Below, piece after piece: positions 1 through 11,361 of a stretch of 64,000 nt of DNA. Under the pieces are notes generated by a model. It did not search any database. It saw only the letters and a program-made list of their open reading frames with translations, and was not told the origin of the DNA. The position numbers were made by a program, and so were the translations under genes. Within the stretch, counting starts at the first letter, position 1. Each line of letters begins with the position of its first letter. Origin of the DNA: an uncultured Acidobacteriota bacterium (GTDB lineage Bacteria; Acidobacteriota; Vicinamibacteria; Vicinamibacterales; UBA2999); NCBI GenBank assembly GCA_963734635.1, contig CAVTIA010000008.1, positions 106,672 to 170,671 on the forward strand, in the 5' to 3' direction.

Positions 1-1
1 C

Positions 2-3000
2 TTTCCATTCGTCAACGTCAGCGTCGTGTATCCCGGCGCCTCACCCGAGGAAGTCGAAACGCTGGTCACAAGGCCTATCGAGGACGCGGTTGCCGGGATC
101 AATGGCGTGAAGCGCGTCGTGTCGAGCTCGACCGAATCGTTCTCGCGGGTGGGTTTGGAATTGCGGCTCGAGGTCGATCCGCAGGCGGCGGCGGCCGAGG
201 TGCGCGAAAAGGTGGCTGCGATCCGCAGCCGCCTGCCGGAGCAGATCGAGGATCCCACGATCGTCCGCTTCGACGTCGCCGCACTGCCCATCATGACGTT
301 CGCCGTTGGATCGTCACAGCGCTCCGACATCACACGGCGCCAGGTTGAAGACGACCTGAAGCCGCTTCTCGAACAGATCGACGGCGTAGCCGCCGTCGAG
401 GTTAACGGCGGCCAGGTGCGTGAAATCCAGGTAGAGCTCGATCCGGGTCGGCTCGAAGCTCTGGGGCTGCCCGTGTCTGTGGTTGCCGAAAAGCTCGCTG
501 CCGAAAACCTCGACCTTCCAGGCGGCCAGATGCATCAGGCGGCCCAGACGATCTCTTTGCGCACCAAAGGAGAGCTCGAGACCGTTGACGAGATCGAGCG
601 CGTCATTCTTCGGTCTGACGGCGGCTCGACCGTGCGCGTGAGCGACATCGGGCGCGTTGTCGATGGCTTCGAGGAACGCACCTCCACGACGCGGCTCGAC
701 GGCGCGGACGCCGTGTCGTTTTCAGTAAAGAAGCAGTCCGGCGCGAACACCGCGGCCATTGCGGAACGCGTACACGCGGCGCTCGCCCGCGTCGCATCGA
801 CCTTTCCACAGCTGCAGATCCGCACGGTCCATGATGACTCCGAGTACATCAACGAAAACGTCGCACAGGTCCGCGAGGCGATCGTGTTCGGTGCGTTGAT
901 GGCGGTGCTCGTCGTCTTCGTCTTCATGCGCGACTGGCGATCGACGCTGATTACCGCGCTCGCGCTGCCCACGTCGGTCATATCGACGTTCTTCTTCATG
1001 TGGATCGCCGGCTTCACGATCAACATGATGACGCTGATGGCACTGTCTCTCGTCATCGGCATCCTCATCGACGACGCCGTCGTGGTGCGCGAAAACATTT
1101 ACCGGCACATGGAACACGGCGAGGATCCGATGAAGGCGGCCCAGCACGGCACCGCGGAGATCGGCCTGGCCGTCATGGCCACCACCTTCACGATTCTCGC
1201 GGTGTTCCTCCCTGTCGGCTTCATGACGGGCATCGTCGGTCAGTTCTTCAAGTCGTTCGCGCTCACGATCGCGTTTGCCGTCGCGATGTCGCTGTTCGTG
1301 GCGTTCACACTCGATCCGATGCTTTCGTCGCGGTTCGTGCGTTACATTCCGCCCGAGGAGCGGGCGCGGACGCGGGCCGGACGTCTGTTCGAACGCATGG
1401 GTCGTGCGTACGACAGCCTGGACCGCGGATATCACCGGGTGCTGCGCGTGGCACTCAATAACCCCTGGAAGTCCTTGGCTGTCGCCGCTGCTGTATTCGT
1501 CGTCAGCCTCAGCAGCGTCACGGTCATGGGCACCGAATTCGTTCCGGCGGAGGATCGGGGCGAGTTCCAGGTGATTCTCGAGCTGCCGCCTGGCACCTCG
1601 TTCGACGAAAGCGTCGCGAACGTGGCGCGCGTCGAGCAGGCGGTTCGCCGCATTCCCGAAGTGACGCAGGTGTTCAGCACCGTCGGCACCGACGGCCAGG
1701 TTCGTTCATCGGCGCTTCGCGTAAAGGTAACGAAAAAGGATCAGCGTGAGCGCGATATCGGCGAAATCAAGGACCAGGTCCGCACGCTGCTCGCGGAAAT
1801 GGCATTCGTCGACGGCCGAGTGGGCGACCCTGAATTCATGCAGGGCGCTCCCTACGAGCCTCCCATCAACGTCTTCATACGCGGGGACGATCTCGCAACG
1901 CTGCAGCGCGTGGCGAGCGAAGTGCAGGCCAGGGTGAGCCAGATTCCGGGGGCTGTGGACATCAGCAGCAACCTGGAGAGCGGGCAGCCCGAAGTAGTTG
2001 CTCGTGTCAATCGATCGATCGCGGCCGACCTGGGATTCAGCGTTGGCGCCATCGCGACACAACTTCGCGGCATGGTCGAGGGCATCGTACCGACCCGGCT
2101 CCGCGACGGGGACCGCGAGCACGACATTCGCGTCCGGCTTGCACCGGAGTACCGGAACGACCCTGTCGCCGTGCTCCGCACCCCTCTGTACTCCCCAAGC
2201 GGCGCAGCCGTACGGACGAGCGACGTCGTCGCCTTCGCGCCCGAGGTCGGACCGAGCAACATCGACCGTGAACAGCGCCGCCGGCAGGCCAAGATCGGCA
2301 TCGACCTCGCACCCGGTTACGCGCTCGGCGATGTGACTGCGCAAGTGGAGAAGGTGGTCGCGTCGATCTCGATGCCGCCGACCTTCGAGTGGGGATTCGC
2401 AGGTGACGTCGAGCTGATGCAGGAATCCGCGGCAGCAATGGGCCTCGCGATGATTCTCGCTGTGGCATTCATCTACATCGTGCTGGCGTCGCAGTTCGAG
2501 TCGTTCCTGCAGCCGATGATCATCATGCTGTCGCTTCCGCTCGCCCTTGTCGGCGCGCTTCTTCTGCTCCTGGCCACCGGCAAGAATCTCGGTATGCCGG
2601 CGATGATCGGCGTGGTGATGCTGATGGGCCTCGTCACCAAGAACGCCATCCTGCTCGTTGACTACACGAACCACTTGCGCCGCGAAGGGTTGCCCCTCAA
2701 GAATGCACTCCTCTCGGCCGGGCCCGTGCGGCTCCGCCCAATCGTGATGACGACGGTGGCGATGATCCTGGGCATGCTGCCGTCAGCGCTCGGGACGGGC
2801 GACGGAAGCGAATTCCGGTCGCCGATTGCGATTGCGACGATCGGCGGACTTCTGACGTCCACGCTCCTCACGCTGGTTGTCGTCCCGGTTGCGTACCTCC
2901 TTCTCGAAGGGGCGGTGGAACGTGTGCGGGCGTGGCGGCGGGTGTCGATGCCTGCGGGACTTCGTGCGGCCGCGCGCGTCGCCGGGGTTCTGCTGCTCCT

Positions 3001-4366
3001 CGCCCTCTTGGGCGCGTTTTTGAGCGTCGCGTCGGTGTTCGCCGACACTGGGAACGAGCCGACGGCGATGATTTCGACGGCCGCTCGCAACGAACAGACG
3101 AGAGTCGAAGGCCAGGCTAACGCCGGCGGGCCGCTCACGATCGATCGAGCACTCGAGCTTGCGCTTACCCGAAATGAGGACCTGAAAGCCACCGGCGAAC
3201 GCCTTCGTGAGAGTCAGGCGAACGTCGCGCAGGCCCGGGCCGCATTTCTGCCGACGCTCGATGTGAATTTCCTTTACACGCCCACTCAGGCGTCTCCGGT
3301 CCTGCGCATTCCCGCCGGGATCTTCGGCCCGACGGAGCAGACCTTCCGAGCGAACCTGATTCGCGAGAACGTCGTTCGCTTCGACGTATCGCAGCCTGTT
3401 TATACCGGCGGCAGGCTTGCGCACGCCTACGGCGCGGAGGCTGCGACACAGGAGGCGAGCCGGCTCGACGTCGAGCGCGCACGGCAGACCGTCACGCTCC
3501 GGGTGTACGAATCGTTCTATGCCGCACTGATGGCCGACCAGGGCGTCGACACCTCTGACGAAGGTGTTCGGATCGCCGAGCGGCATCTCGAGCTCGCGCA
3601 GGTTCGCTATCAGGCAGGATCGGCGGCCCGGCTCGACGTGCTGCGCGCAGAAGTGGAACTTGCGAATGCACGCGCGCGGCTGATCCGCGCGCGCAGCAGC
3701 GCCGAGGTGTCGTACCAGGCGCTGCGCACCGCGTTGTCGCTGCCGCCTAACGAACCCCTGCTGCTTTCCGGCACGCTCGACGACCTTCCGAGCCTGCCGT
3801 CGCGCGAAGACCTCGACACTGCAGTCGCAGCTCGACCGGATTTGCGCGCGATCGGACAGCAGCGTGAAGCCGCCGAGCGGCTCGTCTCGCTCGCGAATGC
3901 CGATCTCAAGCCGACGGTCGCGTTCACCGGCAACCTGCAGTACCAGGAGGACGGCGTCAACCGGCTGTTCGATGGCTCGAACCGGAGCTTCCAGTTCGGG
4001 TTGGCCGTGCGTGTTCCGCTCTTCAACGCGCCGGTCGTCGCGGCCAGGCGCGCCGCCGCGTCCGCCCGCGTGCGGCAGGCCGAGCACCGCGCCAATGCGG
4101 CCTTCGACGGCGCGCGCCTCGAGCTCGCGTCAGCGTCGACCGAGGTGGACGCCGCGCGCGAGATTGTCGCCACACAGGAGAAGGCGGTGGAGCTCGCGCG
4201 TGAAAGCCTTGGGATTGCCGAAGTCTCCTACGAGAACGGCGTGATTACGGCGACGGAGCTGAACGACACGCGGCTTTCGCTCCTCGAGACCGAGTGGGAG
4301 CTGATGCAGGCCAAATACAACCAGATTGTGGCCGCCGCGCGAACGCGATTTGCTGCGGGTCTGTAA
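2..4366 (+). CDS. RND efflux permease (AcrB/HAE family) fused to a C-terminal TolC-family outer membrane factor; 5' end lies outside the window
   Basis: The frame is open from base 2 ([19 protein letters not shown]). Proton-relay motifs [19 protein letters not shown] and RLRPIVMTT are present. The last ~430 aa are OEP-like ([19 protein letters not shown]-type repeats, [11 protein letters not shown]). Confidence 0.92.
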   Translation, partial: FPFVNVSVVYPGASPEEVETLVTRPIEDAVAGINGVKRVVSSSTESFSRVGLELRLEVDPQAAAAEVREKVAAIRSRLPEQIEDPTIVRFDVAALPIMTFAVGSSQRSDITRRQVEDDLKPLLEQIDGVAAVEVNGGQVREIQVELDPGRLEALGLPVSVVAEKLAAENLDLPGGQMHQAAQTISLRTKGELETVDEIERVILRSDGGSTVRVSDIGRVVDGFEERTSTTRLDGADAVSFSVKKQSGANTAAIAERVHAALARVASTFPQLQIRTVHDDSEYINENVAQVREAIVFGALMAVLVVFVFMRDWRSTLITALALPTSVISTFFFMWIAGFTINMMTLMALSLVIGILIDDAVVVRENIYRHMEHGEDPMKAAQHGTAEIGLAVMATTFTILAVFLPVGFMTGIVGQFFKSFALTIAFAVAMSLFVAFTLDPMLSSRFVRYIPPEERARTRAGRLFERMGRAYDSLDRGYHRVLRVALNNPWKSLAVAAAVFVVSLSSVTVMGTEFVPAEDRGEFQVILELPPGTSFDESVANVARVEQAVRRIPEVTQVFSTVGTDGQVRSSALRVKVTKKDQRERDIGEIKDQVRTLLAEMAFVDGRVGDPEFMQGAPYEPPINVFIRGDDLATLQRVASEVQARVSQIPGAVDISSNLESGQPEVVARVNRSIAADLGFSVGAIATQLRGMVEGIVPTRLRDGDREHDIRVRLAPEYRNDPVAVLRTPLYSPSGAAVRTSDVVAFAPEVGPSNIDREQRRRQAKIGIDLAPGYALGDVTAQVEKVVASISMPPTFEWGFAGDVELMQESAAAMGLAMILAVAFIYIVLASQFESFLQPMIIMLSLPLALVGALLLLLATGKNLGMPAMIGVVMLMGLVTKNAILLVDYTNHLRREGLPLKNALLSAGPVRLRPIVMTTVAMILGMLPSALGTGDGSEFRSPIAIATIGGLLTSTLLTLVVVPVAYLLLEGAVERVRAWRRVSMPAGLRAAARVAGVLLLLALLGAFLSVASVFADTGNEPTAMISTAARNEQTRVEGQANAGGPLTIDRALELALTRNEDLKATGERLRESQANVAQARAAFLPTLDVNFLYTPTQASPVLRIPAGIFGPTEQTFRANLIRENVVRFDVSQPVYTGGRLAHAYGAEAATQEASRLDVERARQTVTLRVYESFYAALMADQGVDTSDEGVRIAERHLELAQVRYQAGSAARLDVLRAEVELANARARLIRARSSAEVSYQALRTALSLPPNEPLLLSGTLDDLPSLPSREDLDTAVAARPDLRAIGQQREAAERLVSLANADLKPTVAFTGNLQYQEDGVNRLFDGSNRSFQFGLAVRVPLFNAPVVAARRAAASARVRQAEHRANAAFDGARLELASASTEVDAAREIVATQEKAVELARESLGIAEVSYENGVITATELNDTRLSLLETEWELMQAKYNQIVAAARTRFAAGL

Positions 4367-4453
4367 ACGCCAACTCCCAATACCCAACTTCCAACTCCCA
4401 ACCATCAACGCCCGGGAGCATGGCATTGGGAGTTGGGTTTTGGGAGTTGGGAG
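4367..4453. repeat. Inverted pair of heptamer tandem arrays (CCAACTC-type / TTGGGAG-type)
   Basis: ccaactc-ccaatac-ccaactt-ccaactc-ccaac followed by ttgggag-ttgggtt-ttgggag-ttgggag. Confidence 0.8.
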
Positions 4454-4460
4454 AGTTAAG

Positions 4461-4487
4461 TACGTAGTGTCCGGCTTCAGCCGGACC
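4461..4487 (+). repeat. GTAG-type REP element
   Basis: TACGTAGTGTCCGGCTTCAGCCGGACC; recurs at 28976, 30684, 30735, 32725, 44538 and 52671. Confidence 0.9.
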
Positions 4488-4507
4488 TGCAACGGGCGAA
4501 GGCATCA

Positions 4508-4556
4508 AGACACGGAGATCAAAAGGAAGTAACTTAGTCGTCCTGACTCCGTGTCT
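4508..4556. repeat. Short inverted repeat AGACACGGAG...CTCCGTGTCT
   Basis: Perfect 10-bp arms at 4508-4517 and 4547-4556 around an AT-richer spacer. Confidence 0.55.
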
Positions 4557-4570
4557 CTGTCGTCCGTCTC

Positions 4571-6055
4571 ATGACTGATTTGCTCTCCCTCGTTCGCGGC
4601 TGCACCTTCGACGACTTCCTCTTTACGCCTCAGTACAGCGTGGTCGAGCGCCGCGATCCGGCGCTCATCGATCTGACATCGCACCTGTCACGTCGCCTCG
4701 CACTGAAACGACCGATCGTGTCGGCCAACATGGACACCGTCACACGTTCGGAGATGGCGATTGCGGTTGCGGAGGAAGGTGGCATCGGCATCATCGATCG
4801 CGGGTTTCGCAGCGGCGAAATCGAACCGCAGGTGCGCGAAGTCCAGATTGTGAAGCGCAAGCAGCACGGCATCATACGCGACCCGTACACGATTTCGTCG
4901 AGCGCCACGCTCGGCGACGCTCTGGCACGCATGCGCGACACGGGTGTCGGAACGCTCGTGGTGACCGACGACCAACGGCGCGTGGACGGGCTGCTCACGA
5001 CGAGAGATCTGCGGTTTGCAGACGAGCGCGGTACCGTCGCATCGCGGATGACGCCGCGCGAGAAGCTCGTGATGCACACCGGCGACACGGGCCCGGCCGT
5101 GGCCGAAGAGTTGATGCGGACACACAAGGTCAAGAAGCTGCCGCTCGTCAACGCGGACGGCACGCTCCGCGGGCTCATTACCGCCAAGGATCTCATCGTT
5201 CAGCGCCAGCTGCCGTTCGCAACGCGCGATGCGCATGGCCGGCTTCGCGTGGGCGCGGCGATAGGCGCGAAGGGCGACTACCTCGAACGGGCCGCCGAGC
5301 TCCTACGTGCCGAAGTCGACGTTCTCGTCATCGATATCGCTCACGCGCATTCGGCCGTCATGGCACGCGCGATCGAGGCATTTCGCAAACGGTTCGGCGA
5401 CGTCGAGCTCATCGCGGGCAACGTGGCGACGGCCGACGGGGTGAAATTTCTGCTCGAACGCGGAGTGGACGGCATCAAGGTGGGCATCGGGCCCGGCGGC
5501 GGGTGCACGACGCGTCTCAATACCAACTACGGAGTTCCTCAGGTGCAGGCGCTGGCGGAGTGTCGCGCTGCAGCCGAGGGCCGCGTGCCGCTGATTGCAG
5601 ACGGCGGGGTCAAGCGCCATGGCGCGTTCGTTCAGGCGCTGACGTTCGGCGGCGACACCGTCATGCTCGGTGGCATGCTCGCAGGCACGACCGAAACCCC
5701 GGGCGAGGTCGTGCAAAAGCCGGTCGTCGTGCCGGACTCCAACAAAACCGTGAACGTACCCTTCAAGGTATTCCGCGGAATGGCGTCGCTCGAAGCCATC
5801 GTCGATCGACTGGACGTCGAGGACGCCGAAGCAGCCGACGTCGAAGCGCTCGGGGCAGAGGGCATGGAAGTCAGTGTGCCCGCTCGGGGGTCTGTAAGAC
5901 CGTTGCTGCGGGACATCATCAAGCACCTTTGTTCTGCGATCAGCTACAGCGGCGCGTGCAGCCTGGGCGAGATGCAGGAAATGTTTCGAAAGGACCCCGA
6001 GCGCTACGTGATCAAGCTGAGCGAGTCGAGCCGGCGCGAATCGTTCGATCGGTGA
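4571..6055 (+). CDS. guaB: IMP dehydrogenase / GMP reductase family protein with CBS pair
   Basis: [20 protein letters not shown] insert, [18 protein letters not shown] (catalytic Cys), ADGG, RGMAS. Direction of the reaction is uncertain (see findings). Confidence 0.85.
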   Translation: MTDLLSLVRGCTFDDFLFTPQYSVVERRDPALIDLTSHLSRRLALKRPIVSANMDTVTRSEMAIAVAEEGGIGIIDRGFRSGEIEPQVREVQIVKRKQHGIIRDPYTISSSATLGDALARMRDTGVGTLVVTDDQRRVDGLLTTRDLRFADERGTVASRMTPREKLVMHTGDTGPAVAEELMRTHKVKKLPLVNADGTLRGLITAKDLIVQRQLPFATRDAHGRLRVGAAIGAKGDYLERAAELLRAEVDVLVIDIAHAHSAVMARAIEAFRKRFGDVELIAGNVATADGVKFLLERGVDGIKVGIGPGGGCTTRLNTNYGVPQVQALAECRAAAEGRVPLIADGGVKRHGAFVQALTFGGDTVMLGGMLAGTTETPGEVVQKPVVVPDSNKTVNVPFKVFRGMASLEAIVDRLDVEDAEAADVEALGAEGMEVSVPARGSVRPLLRDIIKHLCSAISYSGACSLGEMQEMFRKDPERYVIKLSESSRRESFDR

Positions 6056-7000
6056 TCACGCAGTAGGCAGTTCGAGCGGACCGAAGTGCGCCTGGTAGCG
6101 CGTGGTGAACTCCTCCATCGTGTAGGCGTGGCTCTGGCCGCCGAGATGCTCCAGTGCATAGGTCGCAGCAACGCTCCCGAGCTGAGCGCATACCTGCAGC
6201 GGTAGACCGGCGGCCATACCCTTCATCAGCCCACCACGAAACGCGTCGCCCACTCCCGTGGGATCGACAATCCGGCGCGCCGGCACTGCCGCGACGTCCA
6301 GACGCCCACTGTTCTCATGAATGGAGCAGCCGTCCTCGCCTCGCGTGACAATCAAGGCGCCGGCCGCCTGGAGGATGTCCTGCTCGCCCATCGTCGTTTT
6401 CTGTCGGAGGAGCTCCAGTTCGTAGTCGTTGCAGATCACGATGCGCGCTCCGAGAACCCCGTCCTTCAGCTCGGGCCCCGACATGCGTGCGCACTGCTGG
6501 CCCGGATCGAAGACGAACGGAATGCGCAACGTTCGGCACTCCTCCGCGTATTGGATCATCGCCGCCGGATCATTGGGAGAGATCACGACGAGACCGGGGT
6601 CGGATATGGTGCGGAACGACAGCTCCGACGCGTGCGCCATGGCGCCGGTGTAGAACGAAGCGATCTGATTGTTTTCCGTGTCGGTGCTGCAGAAGAACGA
6701 CGCCGTGAACTTGTCTGGCACCTGCCGCACGAGCGATGTATCGATCCCCGCCGCCTCCAGCCATTGTCGATACTCGCCGAAGTCCTGTCCTGCCGTGCCC
6801 ATCAGGTACGGCCGCTCGCCAAGGAGCGCCAGCGTGTATGCGATGTTCGGTGCGCAGCCGCCTCGACGCTTGTCCATGGAATCCACGAGGAAGCTCAGGC
6901 TGACGCGCTGCATGTGCTCAGCCAGAAAATGCTCCGTGAACTTCCCCGGAAACGACATCAGATAGTCGTAGGCGATTGAACCGGTGACGATGAGTTTCAT
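6056..7000 (-). CDS. PfkB-family carbohydrate/nucleoside kinase (adenosine kinase-like)
   Basis: [35 protein letters not shown]. The ATG at 7000 overlaps the mtnP stop (ATGA). Confidence 0.88.
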   Translation of the reverse strand: MKLIVTGSIAYDYLMSFPGKFTEHFLAEHMQRVSLSFLVDSMDKRRGGCAPNIAYTLALLGERPYLMGTAGQDFGEYRQWLEAAGIDTSLVRQVPDKFTASFFCSTDTENNQIASFYTGAMAHASELSFRTISDPGLVVISPNDPAAMIQYAEECRTLRIPFVFDPGQQCARMSGPELKDGVLGARIVICNDYELELLRQKTTMGEQDILQAAGALIVTRGEDGCSIHENSGRLDVAAVPARRIVDPTGVGDAFRGGLMKGMAAGLPLQVCAQLGSVAATYALEHLGGQSHAYTMEEFTTRYQAHFGPLELPTA

Positions 7001-7869
7001 GAATTTACGGACAGATATCTCCCGATTATCGGCCACAGCTCTCGCTTGACCTGATCGGGAATCGCATCCGGACGGGTGACGAGTGCGTATTTCAGCGCCG
7101 ATGCACATTCGCACGCTCGTGTGTACGGTAGCCTCGCCACGGTGCCGGCGATGATTTCCTGCGCCATCTTCGCGTTCTGCGTCAGATTGGCGATCACCAT
7201 TTCAACAGTGACCGAATCGTGGTCGGGGTGCCAGCAGTCGTAGTCGGTGACGAGCGCGAAGGTCGCGTAACAAATCTCCGCCTCGCGTGCGAGCTTGGCC
7301 TCCTGCAGGTTGGTCATGCCGATGATGTCCATGCCCCACGACCGATAGAGGTTCGACTCGGCCAGCGTCGAAAACTGGGGCCCTTCCATGCAGACGTAGG
7401 TGCCTCCGTTGTGTACGGTCGCGCCCGCCGACCGGGCGCTCTCATGCGCAAGGCCGCTCAAAATGCGGCAGAACGGATGCGCGAACCCGACGTGTGCGGC
7501 CAGTCCGCGCCCAAAAAACGTGCTCGCTCTCGCTTTCGTGCGATCGAAGAACTGATCCGGGATGACGATGTCGAGCGGCTTGTACTCTTCCTTCAGGCTG
7601 CCGACGGCGCTCGCCGACACGATGTGCTCCACGCCGAGCAGCTTCATGCCGAAGATATTGGCGCGAAAGTTGATGTCGGATGGGAGAAGGCGATGGCCGG
7701 CACCGTGCCGGGCCAGGAACGCGACACGTCGACCGCGCAGCGTGCCGAGCACGTAAGGACCCGACGGCTCGCCGAATGGCGTCGTCAGCGTGACTTCTTC
7801 GCGATCCGTGACGCCCGGCATGTCGTACAGGCCGCTGCCGCCGATGATGCCGATCTGGAGCTTTTCCAT
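6997..7869 (-). CDS. mtnP: S-methyl-5'-thioadenosine phosphorylase
   Basis: [48 protein letters not shown]. Confidence 0.93.
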   Translation of the reverse strand: MEKLQIGIIGGSGLYDMPGVTDREEVTLTTPFGEPSGPYVLGTLRGRRVAFLARHGAGHRLLPSDINFRANIFGMKLLGVEHIVSASAVGSLKEEYKPLDIVIPDQFFDRTKARASTFFGRGLAAHVGFAHPFCRILSGLAHESARSAGATVHNGGTYVCMEGPQFSTLAESNLYRSWGMDIIGMTNLQEAKLAREAEICYATFALVTDYDCWHPDHDSVTVEMVIANLTQNAKMAQEIIAGTVARLPYTRACECASALKYALVTRPDAIPDQVKRELWPIIGRYLSVNS

Positions 7870-7870
7870 G

Positions 7871-7910
7871 GTTGGTCGTTGGTTGTTGGTGGTTCGTAGT
7901 CGGTAGTCGT
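7871..7910. repeat. Heptamer tandem array (GTTGGTN / GTAGTCG-like)
   Basis: gttggtc-gttggtt-gttggtg-gttcgta-gtcggta-gtcg. Confidence 0.65.
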
Positions 7911-7931
7911 AAATGGAAGTCGATTTTACCG

Positions 7932-9197
7932 CTATAGCACCTGCTCCACGTACCGCCGTCCGTCCTTCTCCCGGATGTATCCGGCCGCGACGACAGGATC
8001 ATGCTCAAAGAAGATCAGGTACTCGCGCTCGATCGCCTCGCCGATGAACTGCCGCTTGAATGCCAGGGTGTCCATCGGATAGAGGTCGTAGCCCATGACC
8101 CATGGGTCGCGGATGTGTGCGGTTGTTGGAATAAGGTCAGCCGTGAACACCGCGGTCTTCCCGCCCGATTCGATGAAGACGATCTGATGGTGCGCCGTGT
8201 GGCCCCCTGTGCGGACGACGCGGACACCGGGCTTGATCGTCTGGTCGTCTTCGAAAAAGTCCACGGCGCCCGCATCCTTCAGCGGAACAAAATGCTCCTG
8301 AAGGTAGCTGGCCCTGTTTCGCTCGTTCGGGTGAGTTGCATCGTGCCACTCAGCGGACCGGATCACGTAACGCGCCCGCGAAAATCGCGGAACAATCCGG
8401 CCGTCCACTGGCGCGGTTGCGCCACCAAAATGATCGAAATGCAGATGCGTCGCGAGAACCACGTCGATACCGTCGGAAGTGAGCCCAGCCTGGGCGAGGG
8501 CGTGGTCGAGACGCTGCTGACGCTCCAAAGCGTAGATATCCCGCTGCTTCGCGTTCATCTTGTCGCCGGCACCGCAATCGATGATCATGCGGCCCCACTC
8601 TCCTCTGACGACGAGCGGACGCATAGCGAGCAGAATGCGATTCCGGTCGTCAGGCGGTGAAACGAGTTCCCAGAGCGGCCGCGGCACGACGCCGAACATC
8701 GCTCCTCCGTCCAGCCGGAATGTCCCGTCGTGCACACTCGTGAGCTCGAGACTCCCCCACGCCAGGCGCTTCGCCTCGAGCAAGTGCGGCGGCTGTGCCG
8801 CCTGTTTGAGCTCCACGAGCACGCCGTGCGCGGCCGATGGGTGAATGAACGCGATCATTGCGGCTTCTGCGCCAGGCCTTGGACGCTCATCAACGAGCCG
8901 GACGCCGCGGTTGCGCAACTCCGCCAGCGCGGCCTCGATGTCGTCAACGCGGAGCGTGATGTGATGCAACCCGGGACCGCGGCGTTCCAGGTACTTCGCG
9001 ACTGGAGAATCAGGTTTGACCGCCTCCAGCAGTTCAAGTGCAGACCCTCCGAGCAGCGGGATGACGTGCGCGCGTATGCCCTGCGATACCACGTCCTCGG
9101 GAGGATGGACGGCGAGGCCCAGCGCGTCCCGATAAAACGCGAGCGCCTCATCCACGTTCCGGACGGCGATGCCGATGTGATCGAGGGACGCTTTCAT
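7932..9197 (-). CDS. mce: Methylmalonyl-CoA epimerase domain fused to a YtnP-like metallo-beta-lactamase-fold hydrolase
   Basis: N-terminal [30 protein letters not shown]; C-terminal [17 protein letters not shown] (HxHxDH), GGHTAHH, FEHDP. The ATG at 9197 overlaps the meaB stop. Confidence 0.88.
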   Translation of the reverse strand: MKASLDHIGIAVRNVDEALAFYRDALGLAVHPPEDVVSQGIRAHVIPLLGGSALELLEAVKPDSPVAKYLERRGPGLHHITLRVDDIEAALAELRNRGVRLVDERPRPGAEAAMIAFIHPSAAHGVLVELKQAAQPPHLLEAKRLAWGSLELTSVHDGTFRLDGGAMFGVVPRPLWELVSPPDDRNRILLAMRPLVVRGEWGRMIIDCGAGDKMNAKQRDIYALERQQRLDHALAQAGLTSDGIDVVLATHLHFDHFGGATAPVDGRIVPRFSRARYVIRSAEWHDATHPNERNRASYLQEHFVPLKDAGAVDFFEDDQTIKPGVRVVRTGGHTAHHQIVFIESGGKTAVFTADLIPTTAHIRDPWVMGYDLYPMDTLAFKRQFIGEAIEREYLIFFEHDPVVAAGYIREKDGRRYVEQVL

Positions 9198-10183
9198 CGG
9201 GATCGGGGATCCGGGATCGGGGATCCGGATAGGGCTCCGGCGTTCAGCACGCGATTGATGAGTTCCGTCGCAGCCGCATACGGGTCGATGTCGCCTGCCG
9301 CAATGCGATCGATCGTACGGCTCAGCTCGCCCTCGGGCAACGAGCGTTCGAGACGCTGCAGGAACTCGTGTCCCAGCCGCTCCCGCAGCCTGTGCTCGTA
9401 CCGCTCTCGACGACGGGTGCCGACCGTCGCGGCGGACTGCGCGCGAAACCGCCCAATGGCGCTCCACAGCGCCGGAACCCCTTCACCGGTCGTCGCGATC
9501 GCTTTCAGAACAGGCGGCTTCCATTGCTCGGGCCCGAATGTCTGGAGCGCCAGGTTTGAGGTGATTGCCTGAACAAGGCTGTCGGCCCCGTCCCGGTCGG
9601 CTTTGTTCACGACGAAGATGTCGGCAATCTCCATGATGCCCGCCTTGAGCGCCTGAATCTCATCGCCGGTGCCCGGCACGAGCACCAGGATGGATACATC
9701 AGCGGTCCGCGTGATCTCGATCTCGTCCTGGCCGACGCCGACGGTCTCGATGATCACGACATCCTTGCCAGCCGCGTCGAGGATGGCTGCAACATCGCCG
9801 GTCGCGCGCGCCACGCCGCCGAGTTGGCCGCGTGTCGCCATGCTGCGGATGAACACTGCGCTGTCGGACGCATGGCGTCCCATGCGCACGCGGTCGCCAA
9901 GGACCGCGCCACCGGTAAACGGACTGGTAGGATCGACTGCAATCACACCGACGTGGCGGCTTTCTTTGCGCGCCTCGGCCGTCAGACGATCGACCAAAGT
10001 GCTCTTGCCCGCGCCGGGCGGCCCCGTGACGCCGATGACATACGCGCGTCCCGTGCCGGCATGAACAGCCTGGAGCAACTCGATTCCAGCCGGCGCTTCG
10101 TCTTCGACGAGGGAGATCGCACGCGCGAGCGCGCGGCCGTCGCCCGCCAGCACACCGGCGACGAGCTTCTGGTCAGGCGGCAA
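9194..10183 (-). CDS. meaB: Methylmalonyl-CoA mutase-associated GTPase MeaB
   Basis: GVTGPPGAGKST, AVDPTSPFTGGAVLGDRVRM, ETVGVGQDE, VNKAD. Confidence 0.95.
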   Translation of the reverse strand: MPPDQKLVAGVLAGDGRALARAISLVEDEAPAGIELLQAVHAGTGRAYVIGVTGPPGAGKSTLVDRLTAEARKESRHVGVIAVDPTSPFTGGAVLGDRVRMGRHASDSAVFIRSMATRGQLGGVARATGDVAAILDAAGKDVVIIETVGVGQDEIEITRTADVSILVLVPGTGDEIQALKAGIMEIADIFVVNKADRDGADSLVQAITSNLALQTFGPEQWKPPVLKAIATTGEGVPALWSAIGRFRAQSAATVGTRRRERYEHRLRERLGHEFLQRLERSLPEGELSRTIDRIAAGDIDPYAAATELINRVLNAGALSGSPIPDPRSR

Positions 10184-11315
10184 GGAGCTGACGGGCGATG
10201 ACCAGCCTCTGGATCTCGCTGGTGCCCTCGCCGATGGTGGTGAGCTTCACGTCGCGAAAATACTTTTCGGCGGGATAATCCTTTACAAACCCGTAGCCGC
10301 CGAAAATCTGCACGCCGTCTTCCGCCACTCGCACCGCGATCTCACTCGAATACAGCTTCGCCATTGCCGCTTCCAGCGTCGTCGGGCGACCGGCTTCGCG
10401 CATCGACGCCGCGCGATACGTGAGCAGTCGGGCGGCGTCGATACGGCCGCCGTTTTCGACCAGCTTCGCCCTGATGCTTTGAAATTTTCCGATCTCCTGG
10501 CCGAATTGTTTGCGTTCGAACGCGTAGTCGCGTGCCGCATCGTACGCACCCTGCGCGAGACCCACCGCGAGTGCCGCTATGCCGATGCGGCCGGCATCGA
10601 GCACCTGCATGGCGTTGATGAATCCCTGTCCTTCGGCGCCCAGAAGATGCGACGAGGCGACGCGGCAGTTCTCGAAGATCACTTCGCTCGTTTCGCTGGC
10701 GCGCATTCCGAGCTTGTCTTCCTTCTTGCCGGCCCGGAACCCTGGCGTGCCCCGTTCGACAATGAATGCGGATATTCCCCGGCTGCCACGCCCGCGAGCG
10801 GTCACAGCCATCACCACGATCAGATCGCCTGTCTGTCCGTGCGTGATGAACTGCTTCGAGCCGTTGATCACCCAGCAGTCGCCCTCGCGCTCGGCCGTTG
10901 TTCGAATGGCAGCCGCGTCGCTGCCGGCCGAGGCCTCGGTCAACCCCCATGCAGCAAGCTTCTCGCCCCTGGCCAATGGAACGAGGTATTTGAGCTTCTG
11001 ATCGCGCGTGCCGAACGCGGCGATGTGGGCCGTACCGAGCCCATTGTGCGCTGCCACCGAGAGACAGATCGACGGATCGACGCGGGCCAGCTCCTCGATG
11101 CACAGGCAATAATCGATCGCCGACATCTCGGCGCCGCCGAATTCTTCAGAAATCTGGATACCCATGAGCCCGAGCGCCGCAAGCTTCGGCCGCAGCTCGG
11201 AGGGAAAGTGTTGCCTCTCGTCCCACTCCATGACGTGCGGACGAATCTCGGCCTCGGCGAATTCGCGGATGCTGCGCCGCAGCAGTTCCTGTTCTGGTGA
11301 AAATCGCAGATCCAT
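10173..11315 (-). CDS. Acyl-CoA dehydrogenase
   Basis: WGLTEASAGSDA, INGSKQFIT, KLGMRAS, ERKQFG, IGEGTSEIQR. Confidence 0.95.
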   Translation of the reverse strand: MDLRFSPEQELLRRSIREFAEAEIRPHVMEWDERQHFPSELRPKLAALGLMGIQISEEFGGAEMSAIDYCLCIEELARVDPSICLSVAAHNGLGTAHIAAFGTRDQKLKYLVPLARGEKLAAWGLTEASAGSDAAAIRTTAEREGDCWVINGSKQFITHGQTGDLIVVMAVTARGRGSRGISAFIVERGTPGFRAGKKEDKLGMRASETSEVIFENCRVASSHLLGAEGQGFINAMQVLDAGRIGIAALAVGLAQGAYDAARDYAFERKQFGQEIGKFQSIRAKLVENGGRIDAARLLTYRAASMREAGRPTTLEAAMAKLYSSEIAVRVAEDGVQIFGGYGFVKDYPAEKYFRDVKLTTIGEGTSEIQRLVIARQLLAA

Positions 11316-11361
11316 GTGCCAGCCACCGGCTACGAAGCACTAACCGATCGTATCATTCGGT

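Noticed and set aside
4130-4508. ORFs containing VRLKPDTTY or PAEAGHYV peptides
   Set aside because: These are translations of the REP and heptamer repeats, not genes.
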